DNA of 64,000 nucleotides, taken from NCBI GenBank assembly GCA_965644265.1, contig OZ286462.1, positions 69,812,001 through 69,876,000 of the forward strand, given 5' to 3'. Made by a program: the position numbers and the translations under genes. How positions within the stretch are numbered: position 1 is the stretch's first letter; each line of letters starts with the position of its first letter. The DNA is from Glycera tridactyla. Taxonomy: Eukaryota. This document shows positions 39,916 to 53,030 of the stretch, piece after piece. A model generated the notes under the pieces. The model saw only the letters and a program-made list of their open reading frames with translations. It searched no databases and was not told the DNA's origin.

Positions 39916-40019
39916 AATTCGATGGATTGTCAGGTCGAGTCGAATTTGATGAGTACGGCCTTAGAAAAGGGTACCATTTAGACGTACTAGAAATCAACTT
40001 TAACCGTGGGATGGCAAAG
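39916..40019 (+). CDS. GRIA: GRIA-like exon 8 (ATD; 5' end hidden in N run)
   Basis: FDGLSGRVEFDEYGLRKGYHLDVLEINFNRGMAK, ending AAG|GTAATT. The acceptor and first bases fall in the N run ending at 39915; expected start is about 39912. Confidence 0.88.
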
Positions 40020-40454
40020 GTAATTCAATCAAATTATTCTGGTGTGGACATTCATAGCTCGAAGTCTGGCTCTTTGTAGGTGGACCTGACAGAATGTACA
40101 TAAGGTTAAAAGTAATGGTATAAGACAATTCACGAAATAAATTGATCTTTGTTTATTAGGAAAGATTGAGATTTCATTTAGGGTATGTAATTCAAGACGG
40201 AATTTGAAACAGGAGATGGCAATAATATCTTGGGAGTAAACTTTCGTGAACAATCTAAAGGCTATTTGGGGGATAACTTGATGACAGTTTATGGCATATG
40301 ATGTTTGATTTTGTTGTATGCTAGACTGAGCATGGCTTTAAGGGCAAGCATGGCTTGAGTGTTTCAGTTCGAGGAGTACGCAAAAATAAGTATATAGTTT
40401 GAGATTTCACCGGCTAGGATAATGATGAATTCTGAACTGTTCCATATTTTTCAG

Positions 40455-40565
40455 ATAGGACGATGGACGTCAGACGATGGCTTAAAGATAGAAAACCCAT
40501 CTCTAGTGCGACCAAAAGGCGACAACCAGATCCTCAACAAGACCCGTATCGTCACGTCCATCCTG
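40455..40565 (+). CDS. GRIA: GRIA-like exon 9 (ATD-S1 linker and first S1 strand)
   Basis: TTTCAG acceptor, GTAGGT donor, 111 nt; IGRWTSDDGLKIE...NKTRIVTSIL (compare GluA 'NKTVVVTTIL'); ends in phase 0. Confidence 0.92.
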
Positions 40566-42749
40566 GTAGGTTGTGTCCATTCATTTGCTCATAACCAGTG
40601 AGTTTCGTGAGAAGTCTCAATAATTCAGGAGTTGACCCATGTTTTAAATCTGACCAGACGCTCATGACATATCCCTCGACATTGAGCAGCTGGACAGTTA
40701 TCAGTCTGACAACAAATATTCTCGAGATTGTCTCGTATTTTGCATGTATAAATTTAGAATCAAGATATTCGACCCCCCCCCCCCCCCTCCCATGAACTTC
40801 ATGATTTCATTGGATTTTAATGAGGTTCAAAATTTCATCTCTTCAGTAACTTCCAACATATATACAGTAAACATCTTTTGTGAGACCGCCCCCCCCCCCC
40901 TATTCCATCAATATGCGGTCACTCCAAAAGGGTGGTCTCTCATTGAAGGTATATTTGACTATATCAGATAGAGAAGAAGTGATGAAAGGCATTCTCTCAA
41001 AAGAGGGCAGTCTCCTAAAAGAGGGGTCTTCGAAAACAGATTCCACTGTACTCACTCATTGTGATACAGTGACCAACGCAAGTAAATGAATGAATGGTTA
41101 TGTCGCCATAAAGATATGTGTTGACAGGTCCTTCCGAAGTGAGACATGATCACATCCACCGATCATGTCTGTTGGTTAGTTCATGTTTCCTATCACTTAG
41201 CCCCACTTTGCACGAACAGTTTGGACAATCACGCAAATTTCTCCAGAAAAAAAGTAAAATTGGCGAACCTCATGATAAAGTAAAGTAAAATTCAGCTTAT
41301 GGCCATCATCGACCCCATTCGTAGCAAACGCTCGTTGTCACCTCGACGTATCCACAAGACTAGGACGACACCGTAATGCTCATGATTTTGAAGTAAAGTC
41401 ATATCAATGAAGATGGGGATGCCCAGGATGGCCGGGAGGCTGCTAGAAACATTTCTACACAGTAACTATCGTGTGTTGAAGCCCTGGCCCAATAAATCAT
41501 AGCAGGAATCTCCACCTGATGTGATCTCAAATATTATATCGCACATGGGAAGGCGCACTAAAACCTCTCATTCTGTACCAGAGGGTATGATACTATCATC
41601 AAGAACACATTAGATAGAATTTCTTCCTTTCATCATACATCGAGCTTCATCAACAAAAATGGTACATTGCCAGATTTCGACGTCCAGCCCATATGGATCA
41701 AATGGATCGTATCCATGGTGACCAAATCCATATCCATGTTGGTAGTTCTAGTGATCTGTGGATATAAGGCAATACTCCAAAGACTTAGCATATCACATAT
41801 TCCGACCCCACCAACTGCTAAGAAAAAAAAATTGCTAATCTTTTCGAGAGCGACATTCTATTCAGTAAGTCATGCCATTGCGCCCCAGCGTGTGCATACA
41901 GCCTTGCAATATGCCCGTTTCTTGTCGAGCTGATGAAATAGACAAGAATAGCTGAGGATCGATTGCGAAGATGTTACATGAATTTTTCACTGCATGATTT
42001 CAACAATGACACGGTGAATATGATGAAATATCACCTGACCTCTCCGCGATCCAGCCCCATAATTCAATGGAGAGACCTTTGAACCTGCCCATCATTGATT
42101 TTCTTTAGCTGTGTAAATGAGTAAGAATAATAGTAGCTTTATATTGGGCATGATTATCATGATGGCTTTCATTGAAGGTGTCCTGCGTGACGTATGCCCT
42201 TCAAGATTGATTAGTGACTCGAGAAATTTTATCATTTCCATGTCTAATAACCATATCGCTAAGAAGAAGTCGCCAAGGTAATCCCTAATCGAAAAGTATA
42301 TACATTCTGTGTGTATTATTATTTCATTATTTGTTAAACTGACGCATGTATCCGTATAGCGCGGACGGAGGCGCTCATATATGTATACTTATATGTACAT
42401 GCATATGTATATGTATGTATATATATATAATATCCATGTGATAACTCGACAGTTTATTTCAGAATCATCACGGTAGGTTGGGCATTTTTGTCACATGGAT
42501 TAATTTTCTTTCAGAGCGCAATCGCAGTAGATGCGGCCATTTTCATGAGGTGCAGTTCATGTTTTATTATAGGATGTACTCAATGTATGAAACGGCTATA
42601 TTCCAATAGTTTGTTAGCTGATGATTCCTGGTAATTTCGACGGACCGACTCACATTCAGTATTATGACCTCAACTATGTCAGTGGAAGTTGCATCAGAGA
42701 AGAAAGTATGTCTAAATTTCATAGCCGTGTGTCACATGTGCCCCATTGG

Positions 42750-42905
42750 ATTCTGGGCCGGCGTGCAATGGGTCTGGGGTTCAATCCCCGGTCCTACCAT
42801 GCAGGAATGTTTCACCCTTCATCTTCGCTCCTCCTTGGCAGGTGGTCTGATTTAGCCTACTTAAGTGCAGAAAATGGACCTAAAACCTTAACATTTCATT
42901 TAACA
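42750..42905 (+). mobile_element. tRNA-derived SINE-like element
   Basis: B-box-like GGGGTTCAATCCCC at ~42776, followed by a body (GCAGGAATGTTT...CTCCTTGGCAGGTGGTC.GATTTAGCCTAC..AAGTGCAGAAA.TGGACCTAAAAC) that recurs nearly identically at 62149. 5' boundary is approximate. Confidence 0.65.
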
Positions 42906-44725
42906 TTTCGTTTCCCCATTGGATTGATCTTTGTTATCATTTTCATATGCAACTCTCGAATATACTGAACATTTTGTACTTGTAAAACAATGATCAGAGA
43001 TTGATGGTGGTGCTGTACGTGATCACAGACCAGTCACAACTCCCCGCCCTCTTCCTCGTCATACACATGTGTGCACGAGAGAGTTCAAAATGCTATCACA
43101 TATGGTGATTTGGGCCCTACAATGATCACACCTCTCAATCTATATTAGCTGATAGCGTCCTTTCAGGTTACCGACAGTGGTACTGGACTCAAACTGCCAA
43201 ACAACCAAAATGGAATAATTCAGCTTGATGTTCCCTCATTGAGTCCATCCTAACTTGCTTGGACAACTCTATACTTGGACTTAGTGAGCTCCCCCCTTGA
43301 ATCGAAGAGGGTGATCATGTACTACTGATGCAATATTTCCGCGATCCTTTCATAGTCATTCAAGCCTATGGGTTCAGCTGAGCTTTCTCTTCAGAGGTCC
43401 AGTTTCCCTCTGCATTGGCTGAAGTACCACATTTTGAAGAATATTTGCAACAGTCATCCTCTGCTGCAACTTCCTGAAACTTACACTGTCATATCACGCA
43501 TAAGAATTAAATATTTCAATTCCATTATTCGACCAGGTTTCGATACATTATACGATTGGCGTCATTGTCTTACTATATTTCCCATGAAACGCTATGTCAT
43601 ACAAACAATCCGGTTTTGGCAAATCTAATGTCTTCCAGATATCCAATTATTGAATGTGAGTCATTCTGAGTTTATTGAATGGTATGTCTCTTTCAGCGAC
43701 TGTTAATAATGTCTATGTAGATCAGTGGGATATAAGATGTTCATATCTAATGATATCGATTGCACTTTGACCGATATCACCGAAATGTACACACTGCATT
43801 CTGTTATCTGATGAATGTTACTGTTTGAGGATATGTGGTATTTGATGTAGATTTCTTGTATTTAGGCATAAACTATAATTAGGTTATCTATAAAACGTAC
43901 TAGATAGCTAGCTGTTAATCATCATAAATGCAGAGGTAATGATTAAGATCTATAAGATTTTCTGTGAGTCGACCTGAGCTTGTTCTATTTGAGTCTGATT
44001 TGTATTTGAATCTTATTCTATAAGCACCCTGCTAATTACCTCTGATAAGTTCCTCTATCTCTGTCTTCATCAAACACTATTTGGCGCACTTCTATATCTG
44101 ATCTCCACATGCTAACCCTCGTAGCACCTGAACTCTGAATGTGCATGGACCCTGTTTTGGGGATGGGGTACCTTGGAACCCAATGATATGCTTGATCTGA
44201 TTTTCAAATATAACCGTGTGATTTTTGAAAAAGCTTCATTTTCCTATTGTCTCTTTTGAGACAATCCTGATTTGAGATTTGTACGAATACAGGAGAGACT
44301 GCCATGAGTGCGATGCTCCTGTGATTGCCAATGAATAAATTGTCCTGTCTCATTATTCTTGAAACAAGACTGGCGTGTCGGTAATTGTTAAGCCCACACC
44401 CATATATAATTGTCTGGTCCTAATATTTCTGACCGCAATAATCTATTTTCTAACTAAAATACCAGAGAACAGACATGAGAAAATTTTCCCGATGCGAACA
44501 ATTAGGTATTCCAAAAATTCTCAAAGAAACCGGGCATATACGTCATAAATGGTTTCCAAGGTAATCCCTGGTCTTGTCATTCTATACGCCTGCGATACTA
44601 AATCCATCACATCACAACCATGTGTTTCCCTAACTTTGCTGCTGCGAACAAATCCAAACCTCTCAACGGCTAATATGTGGATAATCGTCTATGTATTTCC
44701 AACTTTTTCACTTTGATACTTGTAG

Positions 44726-44944
44726 ACTGAACCTTATCTGATGAAAAAGATGCTAAATACAACCATGGAGGGTGGGCACCCTCCTATTGCAAACCATGTC
44801 TTCGAGGGCTATTGCGCCGATATTGCCAAGAAGGTAGCGGACCTTATCGATATAACTTACATAATAGTGCCCGTCAAAGACGGTGCTTATGGCGGTGAAA
44901 AAAACGGGTCCTGGAACGGGATGGTTGGTGAGCTGGTTAGAAAT
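44726..44944 (+). CDS. GRIA: S1 ligand-binding exon, variant A
   Basis: TTGTAG acceptor, GTAAGT donor, 219 nt; TEPYLMKKMLNTTMEGGHPPIANHVFEGYCADIAKKVADLIDITYIIVPVKDGAYGGEKNGSWNGMVGELVRN. Confidence 0.92.
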
Positions 44945-45454
44945 GTAAGTGTGACAGGGGCGGTGCTGTGGTATAGCACCTCGGCGCTCTCTATACTACT
45001 ACCAACTTCCCGCGCCACGTAGATCTCAAATTAGTGGCTTCGTGTTTTCAACATGCACACGTTCGGATATCTCCGCCCGTCTTCGGGGATTCTTACGGCA
45101 ATGCGCGAAGTTTCACGAAAGGCAACCGGAAATATCCGAACGACTAACGCTACTAATGCAATGAATGTGACACATCCGGACCTCATTAAACTAAAGAAAT
45201 GAAAGCTATAAAGAAGATTTGTAGATAACTAAGCAATACTAACACCTAACTGGCGAAGGTCCACTGGATGTAATCATATTCCTTTCATTCCCATTATATA
45301 TCTATCTATATATCTATATAACATTACTTTATTAAGTAGGAGAATGCTAATACTTTTAACTTTTGAAGCATGTGTGGCGCGGATTGAGCATTTACGGCAT
45401 GATTTGAATTGGACGCGATTTTTTATCTTTGCATTCTGCTTGCTCCTATTACAG

Positions 45455-45673
45455 ACCGAGCCCTACCTCATTCAAAAGCCTAGTAATCAATCGCTGGATG
45501 GCCAACCGCCCATTGGTAATATAAGATACGAAGGCTATTGTTCCGATCTGACTAAGAAAATCGCCGAACTACTCGAAATTGAATACATCATTATACCCGT
45601 TAAAGACGGCAAATACGGTGCGGAGGGTTCCAAGGGAGAGTGGGATGGTATGGTTGGGGAACTGGTCCGCAAC
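45455..45673 (+). CDS. GRIA: S1 ligand-binding exon, variant B
   Basis: TTACAG acceptor, GTAAGT donor, 219 nt; TEPYLIQKPSNQSLDGQPPIGNIRYEGYCSDLTKKIAELLEIEYIIIPVKDGKYGAEGSKGEWDGMVGELVRN. Confidence 0.92.
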
Positions 45674-46315
45674 GTAAGTTCCAGCTATGTGTCTGTGGGC
45701 ACGATGGCTCTTAGGTCCGAATTTGGTGCGCTTTGTCACCCGTGAAATTTGAGTTTGGTTGTTTCTTGTTTGCTTCGGGTGTTCTCGTAAAGTTTTCTTG
45801 CTACGGTGGCTTCAGCTTTAGTGAACAAAAAACACAAAGAATTTTGTGACACCAGGTTCTATCTCACTAAAAGTCACCTTGGTAACAAGCTGAATTTTGT
45901 TGGAGATGACGATCCTTCATCTCAGAATTTGTTTTTGCTTGTTGGCTTTGAATTTTGAGTCTGGACAAAAAAGCACCGCGATTGCAAAACTTCGATTGGC
46001 TAATGTCGGAAATGCCCGAAGTGGAGAGGAGCAGTCGGACTGGGGGTCGGCTCACTAACGTGTAGATACAGTCCAAAATAGGTGGGGTTGTTCACAAATG
46101 CTTTGCGTATCAAACCATAGCAGGTGCAAATACCTACTTCTAATTTGGAATGTAGCTACATGATATTGAACCGAATCCCCGGGCAGTGTCGTTCGTACCA
46201 TGTGTCTAACCTTTGTAGTGGGCATCTCTATATATATCTATTTATATTCACATGTCCCCTAGCACCAGCTAGTCACATCCCATGTTCAATGTTTGCCTTC
46301 TCGTCCAATCTGCAG

Positions 46316-46440
46316 ACAGGAGACCGGCAGGTGGCGACGGAATACAGAGACCCGCCTATGATTCAAGATGGCCAACCTCTAATTTAGCACTGACCTTCGC
46401 GAAATGTAGTACACACTACGGCAAAACAAAAGACGGAATT
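46316..46440 (+). pseudogene. Probable decayed fifth copy of the S1 variable exon (B-like pseudo-exon)
   Basis: Pyrimidine-rich acceptor (TTTGCCTTCTCGTCCAATCTGCAG) and a first codon ACA (Thr), as in all four copies. GATGGCCAACCTCTAATT matches B's GATGGCCAACCGCCCATT at 15/18. Further patches CGAAAT..TACA and AAAGACGG follow in B order. Stop at 46385-46387; no matching donor found. Confidence 0.4.
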
Positions 46441-47876
46441 CCTTTCCATCATTTCAAGACATTATAGCTACAAAAGTACTGATGGGTTGTCTACAAAGAT
46501 ATATACTTTTCGCTAGTATTCCAAACCTTTTCATCATTAAATGATGAATCCATAGCACATCTGTTTCTTCCATTGGCAGAAAAAGTGCTTAACACAGGGC
46601 AAGTGGTATTGGATTTAGGTCATTGATATGAAGTCTTTCTCCCTACATAATGAAACTTCCACACATCGAAAGGATATCTAATATACTATCTGTATTCAAA
46701 TATTCTTTCACTCATTAAATTCACTGTAGAAAGGGGGGAATTGTATGTATTCTACAATATAGGTTAGAATGATAATACACATATATACATATATATATAT
46801 ATATGACATACATAACCCTTATCAGTATATTCTATTCATTACATTCATTGTGATGAGGAAAAGATAATAAAGCATGCACACAATGCATATCACAATATTA
46901 CCCCATCGATTGTATCTGCAATGGGGAGGAGAATATAGATGGAATGGTAAGTATAATGTATTATATACACAAGACATATCCAGAAATTCTTCCATTCTTT
47001 ACATTATTTATGGCGAATATCTTATACTTAAAAGGTATCATGATTCCTTTCATTCATTACATAGATTATGCAGAGGCAGCTACAATATGTTATCATTCTT
47101 TGAGTAATATATTTGTGTGGCATTTCATACATATCGGAGATAACTGAATTGTAAAGAGGTTCGCTGTCGAATTCTAATGTCAGTGCTATATTAGAGGTGT
47201 ATTGTCCTAGGTTCCTCGTCATATGCTGTTGTGTTACCTGAAGCAGTCAAACGTTCGCCACTAACTCACAATCAACTTCTCTACGATAACTCACACAAAT
47301 GTGACTCAATTTCAACTAAGCTTATACGTGTATAACCAACATAAACGGTGACAAAAGAGTGCACAAGATATGCCACCTAGGCGGCTGCTTTATTTTTGGC
47401 TGGCTGCTACACGATCACCCATCACCGGGCAGCGTCCAACTGTTGCTAAGCAGCATGTTGATAATGTTTGTGAATTTGTGATATCTGTGTCGTACTACAC
47501 CCATTTGTTGTCATAGCAACCACCACCTGGCCACACAAGCGTGATGTAGATGCGCGTGAACGAAAGCTGGGAACAAAAATATTGGTTAAGCTAGGTCCGA
47601 CGCGTCTATGAACTATAACTGTAAATATCCTGTGCTTCCAACTGCAAGATAATCAGAAATATATAAGGAATGATGAAGGGTATATTTCGTGTCGCAGGAG
47701 TACCTCATATGGTGTCGGAAAATGTGCCCTTTCCTTTGTTTACTTTCACACCATAGCTCGTATTCGGCGGCTTTCCTGAGTGTCCAGGAGCACGGAAACA
47801 TAATGCACTCATGGTTTCCTACTGACTTTCTTTCGATGAATATATATGGCACGCTGTTTGACATTCCTCCTTGCAG

Positions 47877-48098
47877 ACCGAACCTTACCTGATCCAAAAA
47901 CCCATGAACCTATCTACCCGGGATGGTAATCCGCCTCTTGGTAATGTCAAATTCGAGGGTTATTGTGCGGATCTGGCTAAGAAAATAGCCCAACTGGTTA
48001 CCATCGACTACCTTATTATACCCGTCAAAGATGGTAGCTACGGTGCAGCGGATAAGAACGGTTCTTGGAATGGCATGGTTGGAGAACTTGTTCGAAAT
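47877..48098 (+). CDS. GRIA: S1 ligand-binding exon, variant C
   Basis: TTGCAG acceptor, GTAAGT donor, 222 nt; TEPYLIQKPMNLSTRDGNPPLGNVKFEGYCADLAKKIAQLVTIDYLIIPVKDGSYGAADKNGSWNGMVGELVRN. Confidence 0.92.
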
Positions 48099-51000
48099 GT
48101 AAGTGTGTGAGTGATTGTGGAATTCGGATGGAAGAAGTTAGAGCTGGCCTGTGTGTGTGGCAATACAAAATGGCATCCATCGCATCCGGCAGCAGGGTAA
48201 AACCAGAACACTTCATAGAAATAGGCATGTACATCCATTTTCTGAAATAATACCAGTATAATAGATAGGTGACATGGGGTTCTCCCATAATTGCGCTGCA
48301 AATATTCCAATTGAAATTTCTTCACATATGTTCCTACAGAAGTTAGTTCGTCCCCAGACCTTGAAAGGAATCATGGTTGTGTTGATAAAATGTGATGATG
48401 CCGATTGTGCTGTTTGCATCACCAGGATAATATTAACTATAATTACGTTAAATGCGGGGAGAGGGGGCAGTCGATTCACATGGTAAAAATATCCCTTTTG
48501 AAGTGGAAAAAGAGTGTACATTGAAGGTTCCTCCCTTTTATTCACTTGCTAGATGGCTGTGATTATCATGAAGATTCGCGTTCTAGAAGAAGTGTCCGGG
48601 TTCTTAGAGAGGGTTGGATATCCCATGTCTTATACAAACATACTGTTGTACATAGGTTCTGCAGTCGAGAAAATGGAATATGTCACTTTACGAAAACACG
48701 ATCTAAGATTGGATTGCTCCTGATTGCATTGTGTCGGGATTGGTCCATTAGTAGTGAAATTACCAAGAGAAAATAATATAGCAAGCAATGTCTTGTAAGC
48801 CCTTGAGATAGGAGTTGTTTTGGTTCAACTTGACATGAAACAGGTCTCATCATAGAGAGATCAGAATACCATGTCTTCCCTAGTCAGGACAAAACCGTAG
48901 TTTTCAAAATATAACAACCATACGATAGATAAAGAACTTGAAAGGGTTGAACATTGTTAAGAGGTGGCTTCAGTTCAGGTGGCTTCAGTTCAGGTTTTGC
49001 TTGGTTGCGAGATGTGAATGTTACCAGTTTGTACTTGTCACACATGGCTGGTCTACAAGTGTGAATTCGTCGGTTCAACCAGTGGACTCCTTTTGTAGAA
49101 TGATGTGGTAGTCGCTTTCTCTCCTCTCCCAGTCTTGGTATCACCTCTATCTGGTGCTCTCACATTTACAGATTTAATTCAGCTCTGCTCATCAGGTTCT
49201 CCTGTAATCCCCGAGTGATGGGTTCTATGTATACACACACTCACGATTATATAGATATACATATCTTTGATTAGGAAAACCGAGATTTCTTTGGTTACTT
49301 GTCCGATATTTATTTCATTATTATCACCAAGTAGTCGTCCATTTGATTGATTTCAGTCATATATCATTTTGCGACAGACTTTAGATTATTTGCCATCGAT
49401 AATCGGACCTAAACTTTCTGGTCATTCAATTGTAATCTTATATATGGCAACTGTAGAAACACTATTCATTTCACTCAACACATATGTGCTTGGTCATATC
49501 ACATGAGGGCCATATTAGATGCGCTCATCAATACTTATCCAGGACGTTTTGACTCCTGAAGATATTTCGATGAATCAAAACTCATTTGACACAGCAGCAG
49601 ATCATTCATGTTTGTAGCAGATCGCTGGCTCTATATTTCCTACGTTTACAAGGACATTAGCTTCTCTTTCCATTGTTATGATTAGGATTACGACCGTTGT
49701 ATCCTGCTCATCGATATCAACTGACACGTCAGATATACGATATTTCAGTGAGATGCATGGACGCCAATGGAAAATCTTCTATTGTTGAACTGGGTCTGAA
49801 ATAAATCTGCCAATTGATGAGCATTTTCCTAGAATGGTGTGGTGTATATGGGATCGTGACCGATATTGTGACATGCATTTAGTCCTATTTCGACCTTGAT
49901 GAAGTTCTCCTATGAGGGCGGCCTCAATATCTCATAGTTGGTACTACTAATGCAACTGTGCTACTAAGGTGGCGCTGTTCAGATATAACTAATGCAACCA
50001 TTGAAGGTTTCGTATCTGAAAGATTAACTTTTAAGTCCAAGTTGCTCAAATCAAAATTATCCCTGGTGATCATTGCTCCTGGAATTTTTCTTTATTCTAA
50101 TGAGGAGGATGACTCCGTGTATTTTTGTCTCCAGTCACTGACAACCATATATGGTACAGAGCCTCTTACTGCCTGTTTTTGATCCACTAAATTTGAAAGA
50201 ACTTATCAGGAGCTGGAGAAAGAGGTAAGTTGCATGATGAATACTCAAACGAAAGGGGAGCCATGAATGTGGAGACTCATTGCTTTAGACTTTGTCACAG
50301 CATAATATCATGTCAGTGGCTCATAGAAATAGCCTTACAGGAGACACTCTCGATAAATTACCAATGTGGTGGCAGATGTCACCCCTTAACTTATTGTGAT
50401 ACATTCAAAAAATCAAATGATCCCTAACCTGAATGACCCCCCGCCCCAGCCTAGCCACTAGTAGATATTATACAAATGATCCCTCAGCCAAATTACCCGT
50501 TAGCACATCCGAAAACTCAGGTCAGATCAATCAATTGTTACTGTTAGAATTTGAGGTTATATGGAGGGATGGGTCTTGAGGAATTCTCAACTGATGAGTA
50601 GAGGCACTAAGGTTTACCAACGCTAAGTTCCCAGTAGACTGGTGTTGCTTCTTGGACACATATCGATCCAATCTATACCATAGAGTCCACCAGAGAAGTT
50701 TGACTGATCCAGGCAACTGATTTTCTGAGAGATCATTCGATTGATTGATCCAATAAGAATCATCCTGGCTAAGATCAGGATCAGTCTGAGTAATACATGG
50801 ATTATTCCAAGTGATATCATAATTATAAGATAATTATGAGTAAATGCCGGATGATTCCGAGTGATAGCAAGACCATCCCAACTGATATCAGGATCATTCT
50901 TATTCATAGCGTGATCATTCTGAGTGACATGCAGAAAGTGCCATGTAGAAGACATCATCTTGGATGCAAAGCTCATTTGGCAATGACTGAATAACCTGAA

Positions 51001-53030
51001 TTGAATATATCGAATCGTGCCCTTCTTGCTACTGGAAATATGTTCCAGTACACATCGACATTCAACCACTTAGAATTCACCATATCAGTATAATTGGAAT
51101 TACCAGATATCGGCAACATTTCAACATAGTTACAAGAAGTTTTTTCTCTTTTATGAACCAATATTTCGTAATATTAGGTATGCCTACCATCGAACCGCAT
51201 TTGCATGACGTTAGATACCTGCGTCATATCCAGAGACCACTGATGTTAACAGCATTAAACCGATACAATCGATCTCTGACTGATTTTGTCTTATACCAGT
51301 TCAAAGGCACCAAAGCCTTCTGGGGATGAAAGAAATACGAACATTGTTCTCCATGGGAGTGCCTCGCTAAAGGATGTTTCGATCCAAGCTACTAATAACA
51401 TCAGTGTACATAGTTGTAAGTGAAATGAAACCACACTCAATCGATAGAGAACAGAACCAAGATCACTGCCGTCAGTTGTGTGTTTTTCATGAAATGGGAT
51501 CCATACCAGACACATGCCATATAAAATGGTATCGGAATGCTGAGCATTTGAACATAAATAGTCAGTTAGCCTATCATTGTCATAGAAAACACGATGAAGT
51601 GATTTGCATACGTGCCGACCAAGAGATACTGGCATTAGCTCACCACCTGACACACTGGTGAAGGGCAAATAGAAAAAAAGTAATGAATCAAAACAATCTC
51701 GACTTACTCCTACACTTGAGAACGATTGGTGAAGTAAGTGTCATGACGAAGCGTACTCTTTTATCAACATTGAGTTAATCATCTAACACATCAGTGAATC
51801 ATGCGATATTATTCCTATCCTAGGATATAACTGTTGAATTAGGTTACACACATATCTATCATAACACACTAGCAATGATGACCTCAATACATTGGTGATT
51901 CACATGACTTATCTTCACGCTTGAATACAACTGTTGAAGTGAGTTGCACATGTATCGAGTATAGGAGAGTTGAATAAATGGGTTCACCCTTCAGCTATCC
52001 ATGCGACTTTTCCTTGCCCTCTTATACAATTGATGAAGTCAGTTGCATATAAATCAACTAGATGACACTAGCATCAATTTGTTTAACATGCATCCGGTAT
52101 ATCAATGAAATGAGTTACTATCAATGTCGATCAATAGTATGGAAATATGACATCCTATTCGATTTTGAGTGCTTGATGTCTCATGTGACTCATTAACCCC
52201 GAGAAACTGGTCAATTCGAACCCGAAACATTTCATGACCACATATAAATTCGAGGCAGAATGCACCACAGTATTCCCACATATTGCACGTAAGGCATTGT
52301 TAATGGGCAACGCTATATGCTTTTTTGACCATTTCCTATTTCCTCATGATAATGATTGATATTCTATGATATTGATACATCCCGAGTACGCCCGAAATCA
52401 TCCTGTGAACAAAATATTGCCAATTATTGGGGGCAACGATGAACGGTCGTTCGAGAGACCCATTGCTTTGATCCCAGCTTCGCTTCATTGTCTGAAATGC
52501 TACATTTTCTTCTTTCGTGGCATGCGGACTTTGGTTTCTGCTGATGCATCGATTCTCCGAATTCCCTCTCTTTTTCTGAGAAGCCTACAAACACAACTTG
52601 GCCAATCTATATCCAGTAACTTTTTTTCATTGGTTTTGCCACAATAACGATCATTCTTTGGTATAAACTCTATTTATCACGGGGCATGTCTTTTTTGCAT
52701 CGCTGCTTTGTCCTGCTTGCTTTCCGTTCTCGGTGAGTTTCCCTTATTTGCACAATTGGGCTCGATTATGAGTGTGGAATACATTTATACAATCCTAACT
52801 CGACTCACTGAGGGAGATGAACATAGAAGGGGTGTGGGTAGTTTTAGGGATATCAACAAGCTGCTATACTGCTAGTGATGAAAGTTCTATAGGCTTCTTG
52901 ATACTAGATGAACATACTGGTACCCGTAGCTTTTCTCAAGACTGCTTACTGGGAATCATTCCCATTTGACTGCTTCCGAGTTATTCATTGATGAGTGAAG
53001 TAGCCTCGTTCATTTTTACCTGGATTTCAG

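Noticed and set aside
43167-43253. Possible alternative terminal exon (VTDSGTGLKLPNNQNGIIQLDVPSLSPS-stop) after TCCTTTCAG
   Set aside because: No homology to iGluR sequence, no nearby poly(A) signal, and such acceptors are common by chance.
50590-50630. CTGATGAG, a hammerhead-ribozyme core-like word
   Set aside because: No GAAA partner or stem II at the required spacing.
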